64,000 bases of DNA from contig NC_043024.1 of assembly GCF_006345805.1 (NCBI RefSeq), positions 3,782,001-3,846,000 of the forward strand, written 5' to 3'. The notes beneath the pieces were generated by a model that was not told where the DNA came from, made no database searches, and worked only from the letters and a program-made list of their open reading frames with translations. The translations under genes and the position numbers were made by a program. How positions within the stretch are numbered: the first letter of the stretch is position 1; every line of letters begins with the position of its first letter. This document shows, in pieces, positions 1-13,715 of the stretch. The stretch is from Octopus sinensis (lineage: Eukaryota).

Positions 1-151
1 ACTAATCTCAAAAATTCCTTACCTATATTAGTCTTTACGGCCAAATTGAAAGCCGGGTTGAACCACAAAACTTTCTTGGTCCTAGTTCTTCGTGCAGCAT
101 TATTATCAGCATTAAGCTGGTTGAACTTGGGGGACAAACACAGACACACAA

Positions 152-188
<37 letters not shown>

Positions 189-674
189 ACACACACACAT
201 ACACAGACACACACGATGGGCTTCTTTCAGTTTCCATCTACCAAATCCACTCATATGGCTTAGGTTGGCCGGAGGCTATAGTAGAGGATACTTGCCCAAG
301 GTACCACATGGTGTGATTGGACCTGGAACCATGTGGTTGGGAAGCAAGCTTCTTACCACACAGCCATGTCTGTGCTTATATATATATATGTATATATATA
401 AATTTTTATTAATCCAAACAAGTGGAAGAATAGAAGAAATGAAATTGAAAATTCACAGAGAATATACTAGAATTAATTAGAATTTAATTATTTTTTAAAA
501 TACAGGAACACACTTGACCAGTTTGGCATTAAATTTTCAAAAATAGACAGTTAGTAGTGCTGCGAAAAAGGAGAGACGGTTAGCATTCCCCTTGACAAGG
601 ACGGAAGAGATCAATCGATCTTTCTAACACATATGGCCATTGCTCTCTACTTTAGAGCAACTTAATTTTTCTAT

Positions 675-1100
675 AGGTGCTGGAGTGGCTGTGTGGTAAG
701 TGGCTTGCTTACCAACCACATGGTTCCGGATTCATTCTCACTGCGTGGTACCTTGGGCAAGTGTCTTCTACTATAGTCTCAAGCCAACCAAAGCCTTGTG
801 AGTGGATTTGCTAGACGGAAACTGAAAGAAGCCTGTCGTATATATGTATATATATATATATATATAGATGTATGTGGTGTGTGTGTGTGTTTATGTGTTT
901 GTGTTTGTCCCCCCAACATCACTTGACAACCGAAGTTGGTGTGTTTACGTCCCTGTAACTTAATGGTTTGACAAAAGAGATCAATAGAATAAGTACTAGG
1001 TTTACACAGAATAAGTCCTGGGGTTGATTTGCTCAACTAAAGGCGGTGCTCCAGCATGTCTGCAGTCAAATGACTGAAACAAGTAAAAGAGTAAAAGAAT
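675..1100 (+). mobile_element. tRNA-derived SINE, family A (most abundant repeat in the window, more than 20 full or partial copies on both strands)
   Basis: Head ggagtggctgtgtggtaag...ggttccggattca (A/B-box-like), conserved body (gcaagtgtcttctactatag...gaaactgaaagaagcc), internal (TA)/(TG) run, tail gactgaaacaagtaaaagagtaaaaga. The same string recurs throughout the window. Confidence 0.8.
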
Positions 1101-1657
1101 ATATGGAGCTGTTTTGCAAACTATGCTTATTCTAGCCATTACCATACATCCGTGTGTGCATATGTATGCAAGTGTGTGTGTGTGTGTTGGTGTCTCCCTA
1201 TTGTGACAGTAAGTGGTTCTGGTAGATGAGCGTCACCATTCTTGTAATGGTGTTCTGCATTTCTGATCTTCTGTAAAAAAAATGTCCAGCCATGGGAAAC
1301 AATTACCTTGCTTGGAAAACAGGTGAGGATTGGTAACAGATTGGGCATCTGGCTGTAAAAATTTGCCTGAAATAAAGACCTTCTCATGCATGCAAGCATG
1401 GAAGAGTGGATGTCAAATAATGGTTATGGTGATGATGACAAAACAAAAACAGGAAAAATAAGTTTCTTGCTACAACAGTTGATACGTAAAGATAGGAAGA
1501 GGCTTATCTTTTCCTCTACTTCCCTTGATTTTTGTTTTGTCAAAAGAAAATGAAAAGAAAATTCTTTTGTCTTTATCAAACTGTTTCGTAAATTTTACAA
1601 GATAATTTCTACCTGAATAGACTGTTTTTCTATATGTATATACCTATAGGATGTATG

Positions 1658-1700
<43 letters not shown>

Positions 1701-2029
1701 GTTTGTAATGTGTATGTTAGAATGTATATATGTATGAGAAGAATGTAACCTTTAAGATTTTTCTGATTTATATACACATACATATATATACATATCACCG
1801 CGATCACCATGACTGACCAGGCTATCAGATGTTTCTACACATCGCTGGTCACAATGCGCTTCGCATTGTCTTTTAGCCTTCATATGATGCCACCCCGCTG
1901 GCTAAGCAAGCAGGCCAATATATACATATATACATGTATATACATACATATATATAATTATATAAATATTTGAGATTCAGTTGAATTAGTTTGAACAAGA
2001 ATCTGCACTTGAATTTTATTCTAAAGGGT

Positions 2030-2520
2030 ATTTCTGTTTTGTTAAGTTGGATTTGATGTATTTTCAGGTCAATCGCTAAAGTACAGATTTGTCTTGCCAT
2101 ACTGTACGTGGTGTTCCTTTTGATATGTGAGGGACGGTCAGAGTAGAAATTTGGATATTGATGCATGTCTGTTTTTTTGTAAAATATGTCTGTTGTGATT
2201 GTGGAGTTGTGTATTTTTATGTGGATATCCAGGAATGGTAATTCATTGCAACTGGATTTACTCATGAATTTGATAGATGGGTGAAGTGTGTTGAGTATGT
2301 CATTAGATATTAGTAGGTCCTCATTTGATCTTTCCTAAAAGATGAAATGTTTCTACTTTTTTATGATGTGTTTCTTTAAATCATTATTAAAAGTTCTATA
2401 TACCTCCTTGTAAAGCTTTTGTTCCAAGTACCCTATGACTAAGTTAGCATATGAGGGTGCAAATCTTGTCCACATAGCTGTACCTTTTAATCTGTCGATA
2501 TGTTTTATTATTGAATCATT
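2030..2520 (-). mobile_element. Penelope-like element (PLE) reverse transcriptase relic
   Basis: The minus strand reads FNNKTYRQIK / GTAMWTRFAPSYANLVIGYLEQK (frameshift), then ELPFLDIHIKIHNSTITTDIFYKKTDMHQYPNFYSDRPSHIK. These are typical PLE RT and thumb motifs. Confidence 0.8.
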
Positions 2521-2564
2521 TACACAGTTGTAAATTGTAAAACATAACTGTCACTACAAATGTA

Positions 2565-2609
2565 TGAACCTGAAGATTGTATAGTTTAATGCATGAAAGT
2601 ACTAGTTCA
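2565..2609 (+). ncRNA. Minimal type I hammerhead ribozyme motif (PLE pLTR-associated)
   Basis: UGAAC-CUGAAGA-[UUGUAU AGUUUA AUGCAU]-GAA-AG UA CU-A-GUUCA: stem I 5 bp, complete core, palindromic AGUACU stem III, CUA cleavage triplet. Abuts the PLE RT relic in inverted orientation. Confidence 0.65.
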
Positions 2610-2768
2610 ATCAGAATGAGAATTTAATATACTATAATTTCATATCATTATATTGTATTATATTATTATAAGATTGTAAATAAAACATGAAAATCAAAGT
2701 TGGATTTTCTTTGATTAATATATTCTTCTATACACACTCATACACACCCGTATATATATATGTGTGTG

Positions 2769-2799
<31 letters not shown>

Positions 2800-3113
2800 A
2801 TATATATGTATGTATATATATGTATAGGGTAAATGTGTTTCTTTGTTGTAGTTTAATTTATAATGTTAGTGTTTAATCCTTCCTAGAATTAAGATTGAAT
2901 GAATATGGTGATATCTAAGGTATATTTGTTCCCAAACAACACTTATTTTAGTGCTGTTGACACCGCCGGATTGAATGGTACTGCTCAGGTGTCGAAACCA
3001 TAATGACATCCGTGGGGCAGCTGATGATGGAGGTATGTTGGCTGTTATTGCATGTGCAGAATAGTTTTATAGCACATTCATTTGATATATATATGTACAT
3101 ACATATATATGTG

Positions 3114-3167
<54 letters not shown>

Positions 3168-4385
3168 TAAATTTTAAACAATTTTGTGTATGTATTCTAT
3201 ATAAAGGCATGTCTATGTGTCTACGTGTATGCACACACACATATATATACTGGCATGTCTGGTTGTATATATGTTTATCTTTATGTGTGTATAACTGGGT
3301 AACCTCAAATACATTTATGGACAAACATCAACACTCAGTGATATCCATCTTCCCTTTAATTGAAGCAGACGGCAATTTCCTGTTTTCTTCCGGAATTTAC
3401 TTTGGCTATTTAGGAGTCTCAAATATTTTCACTTCATTTCATAGTTATTTTCAGTACATTTCAGCATATTTTCAATACATTTTAAAGCGTATTTTCAATA
3501 CATTTAAGCATATTTGATATCATCATTGACAGCCCAGATACTCATGTATATGTGTGTGTGTGTAGGTGAGTGGACTAATGAAAGACAGAGCCATTCAACA
3601 TATTTAGTAGGAATAATATATTATTTAAAACAGTTTGATTTGGCTTTGCTCGACTTAGGGTTTCGTAGGCTTCTTATGGAGATCTAGCTTGTTGGTTTTG
3701 GTTACTCAAACTGAACCTGATGAGCTAGGTTTTCTATAAGAATCCTATGAAACTTAAATCATATGGAGCCAAATCAAACTGTTTAAAATAATATATATGT
3801 ATTTAGTGCCTTGCAGAGGTAATGACTAAAGACCAAGACCTTTGGCGATATGTTGTACTTGAGAAGGCCTGTCAAGCCAAGAGAAATCGGAGTCATGGCT
3901 GATGCTGGTGTCTTGTAACTAGCACCCCTGCTAGTGGTATGTAAAAAGCATCTTTTGAGCATTGGGCCTCATGGAGAAAAGCTCCTTTTGAGTGTTGGGC
4001 TTCATAGAGGTAATGACGAATGACCAAGATCTTTGGCATTATGTCGTGAAGAAGACCGGGAGAGCAGATTGCTGATCGTAAGATTGTCATTTCAATTCCT
4101 GGATCAGGCGACACATTGTGTTCTCGAGCAAAACACTTCATTTCATGTTGCTCCAGTCCATTCAGCTGGCAAGAATGAGTAACTCTGTGACAGATTGGTG
4201 TCCCATCCAGGTGGGGAATATATATGCCATTGAAACTGGGAAACTGGCCCTCATGAACCTGGCTTGGCTTGAGAAGGAAATATTTATTATTATTTTCTAG
4301 ATAAGTAAATGAAAGAGATCTCCTGAGGAGGCAGAGTAGCAGTATTTCTGGGTGATGGGATTGATAGAAAAATGGCTTGTGTGCA

Positions 4386-4615
4386 GCGAGCTGGCAGAAA
4401 CGTTAGCATGCCGGGTGAAATGCTTAGTGGTATTTCGTCTGCTGTTACGTTCTGAGTTCAAATTCCGCTGAGGTCGACTTTACTTTTCATCCTTTCGGGG
4501 TCGATAAATTAAGAACCATTTGTGCACTGTGGTCGATGTAATCGACTTAATCCCTTTGTCTGTCCTTGTTTGTCACCTCTATGTTTAGCCCCTTGTGGGC
4601 AATAAAAAAATAAGA
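4386..4615 (+). mobile_element. tRNA-derived SINE, family B
   Basis: gcgagctggcagaaacgttagc...ctgagttcaaattccgc (B box)...gaggtcgactt...catcctttcggggtcgataaattaag. Other copies at about 10560-10800(-), 14940-15115(-), 31310-31480, 46050-46265, 52792-53020, 56900-57020 and starting at 63985. Confidence 0.8.
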
Positions 4616-5448
4616 AAAATAGCTTGTTTGGGAGCTAAGGAGGGGACTGATTGGATAGACATCTTCCAAGTGTGGGTGACGTGTGGGGGAGAAGGAGGCA
4701 GAGGAAGGTGTAAGTCAAAAGGAAAGAAGAAGGAAGATGAGGAGGACAAGAGGAAATAGATGAGAAGGATGCGTCTGAGGTAAGCGGCTTGTTACGTCAT
4801 TCCCCTGGGCAAATAGGTGGAGTCATTGGTAATCTCGTTGTAGGGCTACACAGTAACAACAATAAACTTCAAGATCACCAACACCAGTAGCACTACTGTC
4901 ATAATCACCAATACACCACTATCACCCCCGCAACAGCCAACGCACTGGCAATGCACTGCCTTCGCTCCCACCTCCGTCAACGCTACCACCACAACCAGCA
5001 CAAACAATGAAGCCAATTTTGCTAAGAACTATTTTATTTTGTATGTGAGCAAAAATGAATGAAAGGAAAGAAATGTTGTGATCTAAATATAGAGTTGGGT
5101 CACTAGGGACATCTACTATAACAACAAGGAGGTAGTAAAGATAAGATGTAAGAAGGTGAAAGGGAAAGAGAGGGAAGAGGAAACAGGGCGGAGCAATGAT
5201 ACAAAGGATATATAAACTATGAAACATTTTGAATGTAATAAGGCGATAAATGTTCCTCCCAGCCATTCTTAAGTAGCATGGGTGTGGGCATGGTTGTGCA
5301 GTTAAGGAGTTTGCTTTGCAATCACTCGGTTTCAAGTTCAGTCCCACTACACAGCACCTTGGCCAACCAATGTGTTGTGTTGTGAGTGAATTTTGTTCAA
5401 TGGAAACTGTTTACAACCTTGTCACACATGTGCACACAAAAACACACT

Positions 5449-5489
<41 letters not shown>

Positions 5490-5833
5490 GGGCATCCAGC
5501 TGTAGAAACACTGCCAGATCTGACTGGCCTGGTGCAGCCTTCGGGCTCCCCAGACTCCAGTTGAACCGTCCAACCCATGCTAGCATGGAAAGCGGACGTT
5601 AAATGAGGATGATGATGATGATGATATATATATATATATATTGTTTGTTAGTACTCCACCTGCCTTCTTCTTTTATTTATTTTCGTAAACCTTCCCATTA
5701 TATATATATATATATATATGGTTGTGGGTTTAGTCCCACTGTGTGGCACCTTGTGCAAGCGTCTTCTACTATAGCCTTGGGCCAACCATAGCCTTGTGAG
5801 TGGATTTGGTAGATGGAAACTGAAAGAAGCCTG

Positions 5834-5871
<38 letters not shown>

Positions 5872-7694
5872 TATATATATATGTGCGTGTGTGTATATTT
5901 GTGTGTGTGTGTTTGTCCCCCCACCATCACTTGGCAACCGATGTTGGCATGTTTATGTCCTCATAACTTAGTGGTTACGGTAAAATAGACCAAGAGAATA
6001 AGTACTAGGCAGTTTGTTTGACTAAAGGTAGTGCTCCTGCATGGCTGTAGTCAAATGACTGAAACATGTAAAAGAATAAAAGTATATATATATATATACA
6101 TACATACACACAAGTATATAGTCAAATGTGCATAAAACAAAAGACAGAGACAAGTGAGGGAACAACAGGCAGGTGTATAGTTTGACACTGAGACAGAATG
6201 GAAAAGTCTTTGATGTTTTGAGCCTAAGCTCTTTGATAGAATGAAATGAAGAAGGGAAATGAACAGAGAAAAAAACTCAGAGAGAGGAAAATAGAAGCAA
6301 ACCGTGTTTGGATTAACAGTCTCACATATCAAACTGACTGGAAGTAGTTGAATGGGAGGAGAGGTGTGTATTTGAAGATGAAGTGTGTGAGTGTGTGTGT
6401 GTATGGGCAAGTGTGTGTGTATGTTGACAAGCATAAGACTATGTGAGCCTTTGTGTGTGTGTAATGCATATATGTATGTATATGTGTGTGAATGAGTTTG
6501 TCCCCCCCCCTCATTGTTTCACAACTATTATTGGTTTGTTAATGTCCCTCTACTTTAGTGCTTTAGCAAAAGAGACTGATAGAGTACATCTCAGACTTTA
6601 AAAAGTTATATATATTTTAAGGTAGGGCTTTAGTATGGCTGTAGACCAATGGCTGAAACGAATAAACGATAAATACATAACCATGGTAACGACAGAAGAA
6701 AACTAACAACAACAACAACTAATGCTGCTCCTGCTGTTTCCTGGTGCAGTTTGAGAAAATCCCTTCATTAATAAATGCAGTCAGTCTTACCAGTGTGTTC
6801 AATATACTACACGTGGTGGATTGACCAGCATGCTGGAAATAGCAGCCAAACCTCACAGAAATAAACCAATATCACCTCTACCTCATCTTACTGTCATTTT
6901 GTATATAAATTATGAAGTCCGGCGAGGGAAGGTTTGGCACACAGTTCTGGAAACGGATAAGGTGGGGAGTTGAAAGTCAAGGGCCTGATTGTTTTTGATT
7001 TAACTCTTGTTTCTGCAATAATATCCTGTACAATCCTGTACAATCTCAACCAACTTAAAATAGTAGCGAAATCTTCACACAAATTGCACACTACTGTTTA
7101 GTAGAGACAACCAACACTGGAATTGCAGGGATGGTCATGGCTTCAATATTAAATACTGTCTTGAGTTTAGGATTCATAGGACTGGTTACTTTGGTTTCTG
7201 AAATTTCTGGCCTTGTGCCAAAATTTGAAACTATTATTATTAAAATTATTATTATTGAGAGATCAGCAAGATTTGAACTCAGAGCAGGAAGCCCCCCCAT
7301 TCACAAAATACCACAAAGCAGCTTTCTTGAATGTTGTAATGACTAAAATGTCACTATTGCTATAATTTTTAATTAATTAATTAATTAATATCAATTAGCT
7401 GCAGCATTTTTCAGAAGTGAAGTGGGAGATTCCATACAGCAATTCTACTGAGTTACTGGTTGTATTATGGTAATTAAGAAAGGTTAACCATCTTGGAATT
7501 TAGAATAATTGGATATTGGCTGATTATTGATAAGGATAGGTTTAGGCACAGACCAAAAAGTGAGCAGGACTAATATCTGTAAATATTAAAGCTAATCTTT
7601 ATATTTCCTCATACATACATCAAACACATGCATTTTCTAATACATTAAACAAACTGAAAAACATCTCAGATAAGTAGTCAAAGATGTATACCTG

Positions 7695-7917
7695 CAGTAA
7701 TTTTGTCAAACACATCTGGACAGCAATTTTTGTCAAACACAACTGGACAGTAATTTTATCAAACATATCTGGACACTAAATTTGTCAGACACATCTGGAT
7801 AAAAATTTTATTGAACACAACTTGACAATAATTTTTGCCAAATATATCTCGACAGTAATCCTATCGAACACTTCTGGACAGACATTTTGCATCAGGGTAG
7901 TAATTTTATCAGACATG
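7695..7917. repeat. Degenerate 26-27 bp minisatellite, about 7.5 copies (consensus CAGTAATTTTGTCAAACACATCTGGA)
   Basis: Units can be read directly in tandem with no spacers. Confidence 0.85.
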
Positions 7918-8019
7918 ACTAAACCGCAATTTCATTGAACGCAGAATATGTAATTGATATTTTATAATATTTCTGTATTCCATATAATTTATATATTAAT
8001 AATATTAATATTTTTCTTT

Positions 8020-8610
8020 TTTCCTCTTTGTCTTCCCCCACCCTCACTTTTTCTGTTTCCTCTCTCCTATTTACTTCACTCTCTCTTTTCCTCTCTCCTT
8101 GAACCCTTTTTTGTCTCTTTTCCTCTACACTCATCTCCCTTATCTTTTCTTTCTTCCTCAACTTTACTATCTCTCTCTTTCCACACCTTAACTTCTCATA
8201 TCTCTCTCTCTCTTTCATGTCTCCCTCTTCCACCCCTTTCTCTATTCTTCTCCCCCATCACATCTCTATCTCTCCTCCTCCACCCTCTCCTCTCTCCTTC
8301 CCTCCTTCCCCATCTCATCTCTATCTTCTCTCTCCCCTCTCCTCCTCCTCCCTGTCTCCTTCCCCATCTTATCTCTATCTCTTTTCTCTCCTCTCCTCTC
8401 TTCCCCATCACTGTATTCTTTTTCTCCTATCTCATCTCTATCTCTTCACTCTCATCCCCCTTTCTCCCCCTTCTCTCCCTCTCCCTCCTTTCCCATCTTT
8501 ATTTCTTTCTCTTCCCCTCTCTTCCCTCCTCCCCCTTCCATCATTCTCTGTATTCTTCTCCCCGCATCTCATCTATATCTCTTCTCTCTCATCCTCCCCC
8601 CTCTCCCTGT
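8020..8610 (+). repeat. About 600-nt polypyrimidine (CT-rich) tract ending at the exon a acceptor
   Basis: Almost exclusively C/T on the + strand; it generates the spurious L/S/P ORFs at 7954-8826. Confidence 0.9.
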
Positions 8611-8613
8611 CAG

Positions 8614-8697
8614 TCTGCCATGGGTTACGTGTATGGTGAAACAGACAGAGACAACTATTTGTTACGGAACCACACCAATGGTAAACTGAAGAGTCAG
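8614..8697 (+). CDS. PTGS-like: COX/PTGS-like gene, internal coding exon a (84 nt, phase 0-0): SAMGYVYGETDRDNYLLRNHTNGKLKSQ
   Basis: Long pyrimidine tract plus CAG acceptor (8611-8613); GTAAGG donor at 8698. The 28 aa align without gaps to the recalled PTGS2 segment [28 protein letters not shown], also an 84-nt exon. Confidence 0.88.
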
Positions 8698-10429
8698 GTA
8701 AGGAAAGCCTCTTTGTGTACGTGTGCATGCATGTGTGTGTGTGTGTTGTGTGTGTGTGTGTGTGTGTGCGTGCATATGATGATAAAGGGATTTTTTTGGT
8801 TCCAGGACTCCTCAAAAGGTATCTAAGTCATTGTCATTCTTAGATCTGCCTTGATCACAAGTTCGATTCCTGGAGAGGGCAGTGGGTTTCTGTCCTTGAG
8901 CAGGGCTCTTCATTCCACATTGTTTCAGTCCAGTCAGCTGACAATGAATACCAGTGACATCTGGATGGTGGCGTTGGCGTTGGTGGGGATGTGATTGATG
9001 ATAGTGGGGGATGGTGGTGCTGCTGTAGTTGTTGGGGGTGTCAAAACCAGATGGTGATAATCTGCCCACCCCCACCTGTGTACAGATACAACCCTGTTCC
9101 ACCTGGCATGCTTCTGCATCGTTTCCCCTTTACCAAATCCCATGCCACCAGCCAGAGTTCAGCTTAAAGCCACAATGGAAAATATCTTCTCGTCCAAGAT
9201 TCCTTGAAGCAACATTGTGAAGTTAGCTTCTTGATCACACAAGCATGTCTGCTCCTATGGACCTCGCTAATTGCATGTAAAGGGGTGCGTTTGCGGTTTC
9301 TGTTCATCCCTAAAATGAACAGAAATAACATTAAAGACATCCCATCCATGACCATATTGCCTTTTTCCTATATGGTGTTCAGAACCATATTAATCAGCAC
9401 CCCTCTTTCTCTCTCTTTGAGGCAGCAGGGTATGCTTTGAGGGAGATTTCGTTGCTACTTATAGCAGGTCAAATGACCACATAGAGCAGCGTTTCTCAAC
9501 CATGTTTTCCCTACGGACCTTTTTGGTTTCTATTTTACTCAGAGGTGGTGCTGATGATGATGATAGTGGAAGCGTTACTGTTGTTGTTATTGGTGGTGGT
9601 GGTGTTATAGGTGTCAAGGTATTGGTCACTCTCTGACAGGTTTATGGTCAAGCCTGTAGCAGCAAAGACCACCGACATTCTCAGCCCCCCTGGATCATAT
9701 CTCTGTTCACTGCTATAGGGGTGGATATAGCTGTATGCAAATATGAGCTCTGTGAGTCCAGAGTGGTTGTTCCAGCACATCCCCCTCACCATTTTTCTGG
9801 GCAATGCCTTTTCCATTTTGTCTTTGGAACCATGAAGCCTTACTCCATATAGTTGTACATATACGTATACTCTCTCTACTCTTTTACTTGTTTCAGTCAT
9901 GTGATTTTGGCCATGCTGGAGCACTGCCTTTAGTCAAGCAAATTGACCCCAGGACTTATTCTTTGTAGGCCTAGTACTTATTCTTTTGGGGTCTTTTGCT
10001 GAACCGCTAAGTTATGGGGATGTAAACATACCAGAATTGGTTGTCAAGTGATGTTGGGAGGACAAACACAGACACACAAACACATACACACACATACATA
10101 TATATATATCATCATCATCATCATCGTTTAATGTCCGCTTTCCATGCTAGCATGGGTTGGACGATTTGACTGAGGTCTGGCGAACCAGATGGCTGCACCA
10201 GACTCCAATCTGATTGGGCAGTTTCTACAGCTGGATGCCCTTCCTAACACCAATCACTGGGTGCTTTTATGTGCCACTGGCATGAGGGCCAGTCAGGCGG
10301 TACTGGCAAAAGCCATGGTCAAATGGCTACCTGCAACAGGAACTAGTCCAGGGGCACTGGCAATGACCTCGCTCGAATGTTTTTTCATGTGCCACCAGCA
10401 CAAGTGCCAGTAAGGCGACGCAGGTAACG

Positions 10430-10489
<60 letters not shown>

Positions 10490-12239
10490 TAGTAGAAGAC
10501 ACTTGCCCAAGGTGCCACGCAGTGGGACTGAACCTGGAACCATGTAGTTTGTAAGCAAGCTACTTACCTATTTCTTTATTACCCACAAGGGGCTAAACAC
10601 AGAGGGGACAAACAAGGACAGACATAGGTATTAAGTCGATTACATCGACCCCAGTGCGTAACTGGTACTTAATTTATCGACCCCGAAAGGATGAAAGGCA
10701 AAGTCGACCTCGGCGGAATTTGAACTCATAACGTAATGGCAGACGAAATACTGCTAAGCATTTCGCCCGGCGTGCTAACGTTTCTGCCAGCTAGCCGCCT
10801 TACCACACAGCCACTCCTGCATATATATATGTATATATATATATAATTTGAAAACCAAGAGGAGGGTGAAAATTTATTCCCATCCAAAGTGTTTTTATTA
10901 AAAATGTTTCCTACAGCATATATAACAATGACCAACATATGTTTCTACTGCAGCAACTGCACATTGCTCTGTATTCAATTATGCGTCCTAGTCACTGCAA
11001 TTTCATCAAGGGTCCATCACTTATGACATTTTCAAAGTAAACTAATTCAAACAAGCTTCCTGTGTTGGTATTCAGTTGAAGGTTATAGTAAAACCAATAA
11101 AACAATAAAAAATAAGTGTTCCAATGATGCTGAAGTGAAAATATATTCAAGAACAAAGATTTAACGAAAATATTTTTTATCAGAATTTTACTCAGATGAA
11201 GCCCCACATTAAGATAGAAAATTCATTATATTTTGATAATTCAATATTATTAGGAATTGTATAAAAAGAAAAACTTTTTATGATATTTTGTGTGTTGTAT
11301 GAAGGGGTGCTGAAAGGTTCATGGCTCTCAGTAAAAGAAACTACAGAATTATCTGTTAATTATCATATTATTAAACTTGTAAAAGAACTCAGGAAGTTTT
11401 GTCTCCAACCAGGCCTTTTACAACACCCTTAAAACCAGCACATCCTTTTAGATGTATAACAAATTAACAACTACATCTTATATGAACCCCCCAAACCATG
11501 TAGATCCCCAAGGGCTTTTATGGACCCCCAAGTGGGATATGGGCCCACAAAGAGCTATATGGATCCCATTTGAGAACCACTGACAGAGAAGCTTCCTGTT
11601 GATTAGACATGAAATTGTTTTGTACATAGAGGTATGAATGTGTGTGTATGTATGTGTATGTTTGTGTGGGGGTGGGTGAACTTATGCGTGAAGAGGCATG
11701 TGTAGTTATATGTATATGTGTGTGTGTCTGTAAAAGTATGTGGGATGAAGTATATATGTGAATGTGGTTATGCAGAGAGAGATGTGAGAGCAGATATTGT
11801 GTGGGTGTACTCAGATAACTCAGGAGTAATTAGACACCCAGGCATCATATCATTTTTTAATCTCTGTGGACACTACAGTGATACCCAAACAGGTTGTATC
11901 ATCAAAAGCTGCTCAACAAGGTATGTCTACTAAATTTGTAGACTAAAATATCAAATATTTTGTTTCAAGAAATGAATCCTTCAAATTAAAACAAAAAAAA
12001 AAACCAACAAAAAAACGTGTATATATGTGAAGTTGTATTTATGTATCTATGTGTGTAAAGATACGTAGGTGTGTGTGGGTGTGGGTGTGTGATTTAATTA
12101 TGTCTGTAGTGTGGGAGTGGATTCTTGCATTGTTAAGTGAAACCACAAGAAGGGTTGTGTTTGTGTGCAAAGTGGTTTATGTTTGTCTTTGTGTGTGTGT
12201 GTGTGTATGCAAACATATACTCACTCCCCTCCCCACATG

Positions 12240-12398
12240 TATGGAGTGGCTGTGTGGTAAGAAGCTTGCTTCTTAACCACATGGTTCTGGGTCCAGTTCC
12301 ACTGCATGACACCTTGGGCAAGTATCATCTACCATAGCCTGGAGCTGACCAAAGCCTTGTGAGTGAATTTGGTAGACAGAAACTGAAAGAAGCCCGTC

Positions 12399-12430
<32 letters not shown>

Positions 12431-12651
12431 ATGTGTGTGTGTGTATGTATTTGTGTGTCTGTGTTTGTCCTCCCAGCTATCACTTGATAACCGATGTTGG
12501 TGTGTCTCCGTAACTTAGCAGTTCGCCAAAAGAGACCAATAGAACAAGTACTAGGCTTACAAAGAATAAGTCCCAAGGTCGATTTGTTCGATCAAAGGCA
12601 GTGCTCCAGCATGGCCACAGTCAGATAACTGAAACAAGTAAAAGAATAAAA

Positions 12652-12655
<4 letters not shown>
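12240..12655 (+). mobile_element. SINE family A copy
   Basis: Same head, body and tail as 675-1100. Confidence 0.8.
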
Positions 12656-12688
<33 letters not shown>

Positions 12689-12924
12689 TATATACGTGGC
12701 ACTCTGTTGGTTACAATGAAGAGGGTTCCAGTTGATCTGATCAATGGAACAGCCTGCTTGTGAAATTAATGTGCAAGTGGCTGAGCACTCCATAGACACG
12801 TGTACCCTTAACATAGTTCTTGAGGAGATTCAGTGTGACACAGAGTGTGACAAAGACCGGCCCTTTGAAATACAGGTACAACAAAAACAGGAAGTAAGAG
12901 TGAGAGAAAGTTGTGAAAGTGTTC

Positions 12925-13599
12925 AGAATTTGTCCATAGAGCAGCGGAAGAATATTATTTTCTCAGATGAGTCATCCTTTACCTTATTTCTGACCAGCAG
13001 CTGAGTATATGTTTGGAGACAGCCAAAAGAAGCATTTGACTCAGACTGCCTTCTTCCAACTGTTATTCATGGAGGAGGATCTGTGGTGATCTGGGCGGGT
13101 GCTATATCCTGGAAATCCACAGGCCCTATGGCTTCCCTTCAGGGCACAATTAATAGGCAAGACTATTTAAGCATTTTATCTGATCAAATTCATTCTATGG
13201 TTGCGGAACTGTTTCTGGAGGGAAACGTAATCTTTCAGGATGATAATGCACCAATTGACACAGCTAAAGTTGTTACTGAATGGCATGAAGAGCATTCTAA
13301 TGAAGCTGAACATCTTATCTGGCCACCACAGTCCCCAGATCTCAATATTATTGAACATTTATGGTGCATTTTAGAAAAACAAATAAGGTACCGATATCCT
13401 CTACCGTCATCACAACATGAACTAGAGACTGTTTTAGCTGAAGAATGGACAAAAATTCCTTTGGAAACAATTCAAAGTTTGTACGAGTCCATACCTCATA
13501 GAATTCAAGCTGTAATTACTGCCAAAGGCAGTCCTACCCCATATTAAAATAAATTTGCTTGAAATTTTAAGGTGTTACCATTATTTTGTCCAACCCCTG
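12925..13599 (+). mobile_element. 5'-truncated Tc1-like transposon (DD36E transposase C-terminal half plus right TIR)
   Basis: Reads IIFSDESSFTLF (stop) ...HGGGSVVIWAGAISW...FQDDNAPI...WPPQSPDLNIIEHLW...AKGSPTPY*. Right TIR aggtgttaccattattttgtccaacccctg is followed by TA (13600-13601). Confidence 0.92.
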
Positions 13600-13601
13600 T
13601 A

Positions 13602-13715
<114 letters not shown>

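Noticed and set aside
6894-7091. Minus-strand ORF containing RPLTFNSPPY, superficially like the COX SPPTYN motif
   Set aside because: Wrong strand for the gene and no further alignment.
7695-7917. CRISPR-like appearance of the 26-bp repeat (and of the 61-bp array at 30273)
   Set aside because: No unique spacers, no cas genes, eukaryotic context.
1-8613. Search for the upstream COX exons (EGF domain, membrane-binding helices, FAQHFTHQF distal His exon)
   Set aside because: Candidate acceptors at about 505, 1478, 3368 and 6749 gave early stops or no COX similarity. The exons are probably outside the window, though a highly diverged one could have been missed by eye.
7954-8826. 290-aa ORF and the overlapping L/S/P- or E/R-rich ORFs (also 20385-20876, 28898-29539, 29011-29529)
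   Set aside because: Products of CT/GA tracts; only the embedded exon segments are real coding sequence.
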